Positions 57,812-62,731 of a stretch of 62,731 bases of DNA are shown here, in pieces. The position numbers and the translations under genes are program-made. The notes under the pieces were generated by a model that was not told the DNA's origin, did not search any database, and saw only the letters and a program-made list of their open reading frames with translations. The DNA is from an uncultured virus (IMG/VR IMGVR_UViG_2519899798_000002) (Duplodnaviria > Heunggongvirae > Uroviricota > Caudoviricetes), in IMG/VR virus record IMGVR_UViG_2519899798_000002, positions 62,001 to 124,731 of that record. The stretch is one strand, 5' to 3'. Each line of letters starts with the position of its first letter. Positions within the stretch are counted from its first letter, which is position 1.

Positions 57812-58486
57812 TTAAACATATTTATACCTACTCATTAAAGTTAAGTTGAAAATTTGTTCAGATGAAAACCCCATGCTCATGGCTCTGTGCATGTCTTCAG
57901 TTTCGCAATGAAGTGAATAGAAAAGCTGATCAACCTTATCAAAAAACATCTTGTCGAGATAATTTTCATCAAATAAATAAGCAACAATTGCATCCGATTT
58001 TTCAATTTCTGTTTTTGCTTTTAATCGTTTGTTTCCGTCAACACATAACAGAGGGGTTGGCGTACCATAAAATCTAACAAGGAAAGGCAATCTGTTATCG
58101 TTAACTTTTGATGCAATAAGTGGTGCAGAGGAATTGAAATGAACTGAATCCAAACTGAAGTTGTGTCTTTCTACGTTTGCATGTGTAATAAGATATTTCA
58201 TTTTTTCTATATCAAATTTATAAATATAGCTACCTACAGGTGAATTAAATTTAAAATCAAACATCTCGTGAGTTTCTTCAGAGCTTTTTAGAGGATTGAT
58301 GACTTTGTCTATGTTTGACTTAAGAAGCTCGTCTTCTTTTATGAGAGTATCTATCCAAAAATTTTTCCAATCCTTAAAGAAGGGGAGTGAACCTAAAGCA
58401 TGCTTGAAAATGTCTTGGTTCAAATATTTATCAAATGGGAATGAATAGTATTCACTTGGTGAAGTAGCTGTAAAACAAATCGGCAA
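57812..58486 (-). CDS. hypothetical protein with ParB-like VDGNKR motif
   Basis: 224 aa, GGAGG RBS, TTG start. Confidence 0.65.
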   Translation of the reverse strand: MPICFTATSPSEYYSFPFDKYLNQDIFKHALGSLPFFKDWKNFWIDTLIKEDELLKSNIDKVINPLKSSEETHEMFDFKFNSPVGSYIYKFDIEKMKYLITHANVERHNFSLDSVHFNSSAPLIASKVNDNRLPFLVRFYGTPTPLLCVDGNKRLKAKTEIEKSDAIVAYLFDENYLDKMFFDKVDQLFYSLHCETEDMHRAMSMGFSSEQIFNLTLMSRYKYV

Positions 58487-58579
58487 AATAAAACCTCCAA
58501 CCTTTTTTACTCAATTATACCAGTAAATGAGGTTGAATGAAATATATACAATTTATGAGGGAAATAATCCCCTCATAAA

Positions 58580-58798
58580 TTAATGAAATTGACCGCCCAT
58601 GTTTTGTTGAGCTAAGCGAACTAAACGTTTAGTGATTTCTCCACCAACTGAACCGTTTGCACGAGATGTAGTCTCAGCACCTAATTGAACACCAAACTCA
58701 GAAGCTATTTCAAGTTTCATTTGTTCAATAGCTGAAGCTGCTTGAGGAATTAGTAAATCATTATTGTTGTTTGATCTTGATCTACTTTGTTGAGCCAT
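58580..58798 (-). CDS. sspC: alpha/beta-type small acid-soluble spore protein SspC
   Basis: [37 protein letters not shown]...[14 protein letters not shown]. Confidence 0.97.
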   Translation of the reverse strand: MAQQSRSRSNNNNDLLIPQAASAIEQMKLEIASEFGVQLGAETTSRANGSVGGEITKRLVRLAQQNMGGQFH

Positions 58799-58844
58799 CT
58801 TATTCATCTCCTAAAGTGTAATGAAAACAAGCTTGTTTGAATCA

Positions 58845-58873
58845 TATTATGGAGAGATTATTTTAATTTATAC
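58845..58873 (-). promoter_or_regulatory. sigG-type promoter of sspC
   Basis: GTATA-N17-CATAATA on minus strand. Confidence 0.65.
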
Positions 58874-58916
58874 ACGCCAGAGAAATAAATTTTTCATTAA
58901 GAAAGGTGGGGACAAA

Positions 58917-59743
58917 ATGAAAATTGATTATGTATCAGATCTCCATATAAATCATTGGATACCTTGGAATGTAAATCAGATTAAGTGGGAGAAGCGAACA
59001 AGAGAAATTGTAAATAGGTTAATCTCAAACGGTAATGGGGAGGTATTGGTCATTGCCGGCGATTTTACTGAATGGAATCAACAAACTTTATGGGTTTAGA
59101 TGAGGCAGCAAAGCAATACGAGAAGGTTTACTTTACATATGGTAATCATGATCTTTATTTACTTAGCAAGAGCCAAAAAAGGAAATACTCAGACTCGTTA
59201 GGCAGGTTGAATGATCTAATTCAAAAAGCTGCTGATATGAAAAATGTAACACCATTAATTAAGACAACTGAAACATACAAAGGAAAAGTCTTTGCAGGAG
59301 ATGTAATGTGGTACCTTCCAAAAGGAATCGAAGGATGGGACTTCTTTAAAGGAGTATCTAACGATTCTAATTACATTTGGCTTAATGGTTATAACAAAGT
59401 AGATGGTGTAAGAGCGATGTGGAAAGAATCAATGGATTGGTATGAAACGCTTGAAAATACACAAGTTGATGTATTTGTCTCACATGTTCCACCTGTTCAC
59501 AATCCTTATTCTCCATTTGAACCTAATACATGCTACATGGTTGATGTCCCGTTCATTAACGCAAAACACTGGGTTTGTGGACATGATCATTTACAAGCTG
59601 AGTTTGACAAAGATGGAACGAGCTTTCACATGAATTGTATCGGATACCCGTATGACTATGATAATTATCCGAGTGTCAATGTGATACCTGGTGAAGAAGT
59701 AGATTCATATAAAACGTTTGAGCTTAAAACATTCGAGATTTAG
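58917..59743 (+). pseudogene. yotB: metallophosphoesterase YotB with -1 frameshift
   Basis: SDLH, AGD in one frame, GNHD, SH, GHDH in the next; adding one T at ~59095-59097 gives 275 aa. Confidence 0.8.
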
Positions 59744-59793
59744 ATTTAATTAAAATTCTAATTTTATGCAGAATTAAAACAGGAGTGGACTAA

Positions 59794-59925
59794 ATGGACA
59801 ATAGAGAACAAATTGACTGGACTTGTAAAGAATGCAGTTTTAGTTGGATAGGGGATTACACAGATTTTTCATGTCCTGCATGTGATGAGATTGATATAAG
59901 ACCCAAAAATAAGTTATTGAATTGA
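59794..59925 (+). CDS. 43-aa zinc-ribbon protein (not in ORF track)
   Basis: MDNREQIDWTCKEC...CPACDEIDIRPKNKLLN*; bounded by palindromes at 59751 and 59927. Confidence 0.7.
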   Translation: MDNREQIDWTCKECSFSWIGDYTDFSCPACDEIDIRPKNKLLN

Positions 59926-59957
59926 ATAAAATGTTGATTTCATTTAGAAAGGAGATA

Positions 59958-60203
59958 GTGACAACGGACGTTTTAGAAAGAGCAATTAAACGTGAGAGAC
60001 AAACCAAGTATAGACTCCTAAGAAAATTTAGAAAAGCTAGAGATATGGCTAGCAAACATAGTAAAAGAGGCTACACATGCAATTTCCTTAGGAGGCAAAT
60101 TAGATATCATGATCAGTACAGTTGGATTCAGAAATACTCTAAAAACGAACTTGCAATAAGAATATTTCAATGGTCAGAACGAGAGAGAAACATGTTCAGA
60201 TAA
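59958..60203 (+). CDS. basic hypothetical protein
   Basis: AAGGAG RBS, GTG start. Confidence 0.6.
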   Translation: MTTDVLERAIKRERQTKYRLLRKFRKARDMASKHSKRGYTCNFLRRQIRYHDQYSWIQKYSKNELAIRIFQWSERERNMFR

Positions 60204-60222
60204 ATTAAGAAGGGAGAGTCTT

Positions 60223-60642
60223 ATGGAGAATACAATGCCCTGGTTTGATTTAGACTTTGAGTTTAAACCAGACAATAACATTGATGAAGCTCTTGTGCGA
60301 TTATTTGATCTCATGAAGAAGAGTCTCCACATTTATTTCAATATTAAAAACTCTTCTGATATTCATGAGTTTTTAAAAATCGTAGCAGTAAAAAACAATG
60401 TTGATTATTCCTTTATTGAATGGATTAAGGGAAAAGGTATCCCAAGATTAAAGAAAATTGATTTCGAAAGTTTGCCAAGCAATGATCAATTTCTTGCAAT
60501 GATTGAGTTCGATGAATACTGTCTTAAATGTGAGATGGATTTTAAAGAACCAGAAGAGGTAAGGAGCTGTATCATCACGATTATTAATAGTATTCAAGAA
60601 TATATTAATATCTGCAACCAGTTAATCAAAGGAGAGATTTAA
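60223..60642 (+). CDS. hypothetical protein
   Basis: 139 aa. Confidence 0.75.
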   Translation: MENTMPWFDLDFEFKPDNNIDEALVRLFDLMKKSLHIYFNIKNSSDIHEFLKIVAVKNNVDYSFIEWIKGKGIPRLKKIDFESLPSNDQFLAMIEFDEYCLKCEMDFKEPEEVRSCIITIINSIQEYINICNQLIKGEI

Positions 60643-61104
60643 TGGTGAAAACAGAATTCAATGTTAATGATGTGTTAGAAAATTATAAACGAAGAGATGA
60701 GGAACGTAGGGAATTCATCATTCACGAAGGCTACACTGCTATCGAAGAAATCATTAAAGAAGTGAACCAAAGAGGATCTCTAAATGAAGCAGATATTTAT
60801 TACGGAACACCTAAGCCGCAGCTAAGTTTCTCGGACGTTGAATTAGGTTACATGCTTACTTCAGGACGAAATTGTTCAAATTTTTGAAGTGTATGGACAA
60901 GGTACTGATAGCTGGTTTTTGAAACCAAGTGACGATACCATTTATAAACTGTATAACACAGCTTACGGAGTGTATTTAAACCAGTTCGATGATTTCATTA
61001 ATTACACAATAAATAAAGAGAATGAGAGTAAAAAGGTTTCTTCTAGTCCCACGATCTTAAATGACATTACCGGCAGATATACAGTTGGAAGAGGTTCTAA
61101 GTAG
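60642..61104 (+). pseudogene. probably one gene split by deletion or frameshift
   Basis: second ORF has no RBS; its frame reads QDEIVQIFEVYGQG upstream of the called start. Confidence 0.5.
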
Positions 61105-61274
61105 TGATCGTTACAGCTTGGATATTGTTCGTCGCATTTGGGCTTGTGTTGTTAGCAAACATGGATTCCCAAGGGGATATTAAATTTGCAGTATATATTG
61201 GTGTATTGAAATTTGTTTCAGTATTGATTGTTGCTATTACAGCAGGAGTAATTTGGGGAGGATTATTTCAATGA
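61104..61274 (+). CDS. 56-aa two-TM protein (not in ORF track)
   Basis: MIVTAWILFVAFGLVLL...AGVIWGGLFQ*. Confidence 0.65.
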   Translation: MIVTAWILFVAFGLVLLANMDSQGDIKFAVYIGVLKFVSVLIVAITAGVIWGGLFQ

Positions 61275-61435
61275 TAAAAAGGATTATGAGTTTTAAGTAT
61301 GACGACTGGAGACATATTTTCTTCTTATTAAAGAATGTAGCGAAGAATTTCTTTAAAGGTGATTTTCATGAAGCAAGCGATGCGCTTTATTGGATACGGG
61401 TACACTTGTCTTTTGACTCAAATAAAGTGAAGTGA
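61271..61435 (+). CDS. hypothetical protein
   Basis: GGAGG RBS; ATGA overlap. Confidence 0.6.
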   Translation: MIKRIMSFKYDDWRHIFFLLKNVAKNFFKGDFHEASDALYWIRVHLSFDSNKVK

Positions 61436-61490
61436 ACATTAGATAAAATCGGTCTTTTATTTACAATAAAAATAAAATTAGTGGAGGAGA

Positions 61491-61682
61491 ATGGAGATTA
61501 ACGAGGCTTATCATTCAATTCAAACACTTTATAAAAAGATGGATAGACAAATGAAAACAGTAAAGGAGGCCATTGAAGAAAAAGATTTGCAAAGAGCGCA
61601 CCGTAACTTAATTAACTTAGCTGACAACAATGAGGAATTAATGCAGGAAATCAGGTGGATCAAAAAGGGAACCGCCATGTGA
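61491..61682 (+). CDS. yotK: YotK-like protein
   Basis: 63 aa, synteny. Confidence 0.6.
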   Translation: MEINEAYHSIQTLYKKMDRQMKTVKEAIEEKDLQRAHRNLINLADNNEELMQEIRWIKKGTAM

Positions 61683-61683
61683 T

Positions 61684-61926
61684 TTATTTGATCAATTGTC
61701 TGCGCTCTTTAAAGTTCCATACATAAAGCTCTTCTATAGAGCAACCTATGGCATCAGCAAACGTCATTGCTGTTCCAATATTCATATTTGATTTAAAACC
61801 ACTTACATAATCATTAATACGTTGTTTAGGTAATCCAGTACGTTCAACAAGGTCTTCAATTGAAACGCTATATTCATGCATAAGCTCATTAAGTCTTGAA
61901 TCAACCGGTTTCCATTGTTTTTTCAC
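61684..61926 (-). CDS. yotL: YotL, XRE HTH regulator
   Basis: SIEDLVERTGLPKQRINDY...FADAIGCSIEEL. Confidence 0.8.
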   Translation of the reverse strand: MKKQWKPVDSRLNELMHEYSVSIEDLVERTGLPKQRINDYVSGFKSNMNIGTAMTFADAIGCSIEELYVWNFKERRQLIK

Positions 61927-62000
61927 TATGTACACCTCTTTCAGCAACGATTTTAGCACATACATAATTTACCTTCAATATAGATTAGGAGAGTGATTGA

Positions 62001-62588
62001 TTGGGAGCAAACAATCAAGGAAAAGTTTTTGAAGCGAACATTGAAAAATCTGCAGCGGATCAGAAGTTGTTCTTCTACCGAATTAAAGACGTTAACCCAA
62101 TGTTTTTGAAAAGGGGAGCAGCAGTATCAAAAAACAAATATGATTGCTTTCTGTTCTTTAAGGGGCACTTGTTCCCCTTTGAGCTAAAGTCGACAAAGAA
62201 CAAGTCCATTTCCTTCAGTGAGAAGATCATAAAAGGGCAGCAGATTAAACATTTAAAAGAGGCAGCACAATACCCAAATATAATTCCTGGTTTCCTGTTT
62301 CAATTTAGAGAGCCAGAGAACAAGGTTTATTTCGTACATATTGATGATTTCCTTACATATAAGAACATAGCTGAAAAACAGGCGGAACATACATATAAGA
62401 ATAAAGTTAACAAGTCCAGTATCCCGATTGCGATTTGTGAAGAGATTGGTACAGAAGTAAGATGGATGAAAAAGAAAGTGAATTATACATATTATCTAAA
62501 CAGGTTATGCGGGGAATTGATTAATAAATTTTCGAATAGGACAAATTGTAATGCTCATACACCTTATAAAAAGAAGGTGATTATGTGA
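62001..62588 (+). CDS. yotM: RecU-like Holliday junction resolvase YotM
   Basis: GKVFE, YDC, FELKST, QQIKHL. Confidence 0.85.
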   Translation: MGANNQGKVFEANIEKSAADQKLFFYRIKDVNPMFLKRGAAVSKNKYDCFLFFKGHLFPFELKSTKNKSISFSEKIIKGQQIKHLKEAAQYPNIIPGFLFQFREPENKVYFVHIDDFLTYKNIAEKQAEHTYKNKVNKSSIPIAICEEIGTEVRWMKKKVNYTYYLNRLCGELINKFSNRTNCNAHTPYKKKVIM

Positions 62589-62731
62589 CTGAGAAAGAAT
62601 TAATTGAAAAGTACAACTTGCAAAATTGCACCGTCACATACTGTAATGAGCCTAATTTGGAATTAATGACGAGAGCCTTTATGGATTACCAAAGAAAACT
62701 TTATCAAGTAAAGAAAAAGGCTACTCATTAA
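62585..62731 (+). CDS. 48-aa protein in the sprB (RDF) position
   Basis: AAGGTG RBS, GTG start; MTEKELIEKYNLQNCTVTYCNEPNLELMTRAFMDYQRKLYQVKKKATH*. Confidence 0.65.
   Translation: MTEKELIEKYNLQNCTVTYCNEPNLELMTRAFMDYQRKLYQVKKKATH

Larger units (their letters stand above)
237..61459. repeat. dispersed intergenic palindrome TAAAA-N6-TTTTA (19 perfect + 8 near-perfect copies)
   Basis: perfect copies start at 237,558,5527,14873,16609,18400,20023,21375,24463,24895,28585,44114,45985,46908,52285,53543,56557,59751,61444; near-perfect at 5025,13049,16001,19702,41560,47578,57772,59927. Confidence 0.9.
1..62731. mobile_element. SPbeta-family (SPbeta/phi3T-like) Bacillus temperate phage, early-gene region
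   Basis: aimR/aimP, sro operon, ligB, nrdIEF, dUTPase, thymidylate synthase, sspC and yotM in SPbeta-like order; AT-rich, gene-dense. Confidence 0.97.

Noticed and set aside
237..61459. Palindrome series as a CRISPR array or as terminators
   Set aside because: Dispersed with whole genes between copies, no cas genes; 5-bp A/T arms are too weak for intrinsic terminators
1..62731. tRNA/rRNA genes, IS transposases, group I introns
   Set aside because: No recognisable cloverleaf, transposase ORF or intron-interrupted conserved gene by eye; a covariance-model scan was not possible

Overview
The whole window is the early-gene arm of a Bacillus SPbeta-family (SPbeta/phi3T-like) temperate phage or prophage, running roughly from the yopE region to the yotM/sprB position. 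It contains: the arbitrium locus (aimR, aimP with mature peptide GMPRGA, AimR operator); the sro repressor operon (yopM-yopR); SOS-boxed genes; a long run of small accessory genes; ligB and a frameshifted SRAP gene (yoqW); pghZ-yorA; a replication module with a family-A DNA polymerase where SPbeta has DnaE (yorL); the MazE-mimic yosL; intron- and intein-free nrdIEF; thioredoxin, dUTPase, thymidylate synthase and sspC; a RecU-like resolvase; and a short RDF-position gene at the right edge. The most notable unexplained signal is a 16-bp palindrome, TAAAA-N6-TTTTA. I read 19 perfect and 8 near-perfect copies, all at gene junctions of the accessory regions, often on or 1-2 bp after a stop codon, and saw none inside the regulatory or replication cores. 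They divide the accessory genome into cassette-like units, which suggests an integron-like shuffling system. Other highlights missed by the ORF track or usual annotation are an 8-Cys bacteriocin-like precursor with a coupled immunity-like ORF, an orphan 43-aa secreted peptide, and a LexA-boxed 31-aa membrane peptide. yo* gene symbols come from recalled SPbeta sequence, size and synteny, not from a database search. No tRNA, rRNA or CRISPR array was seen.
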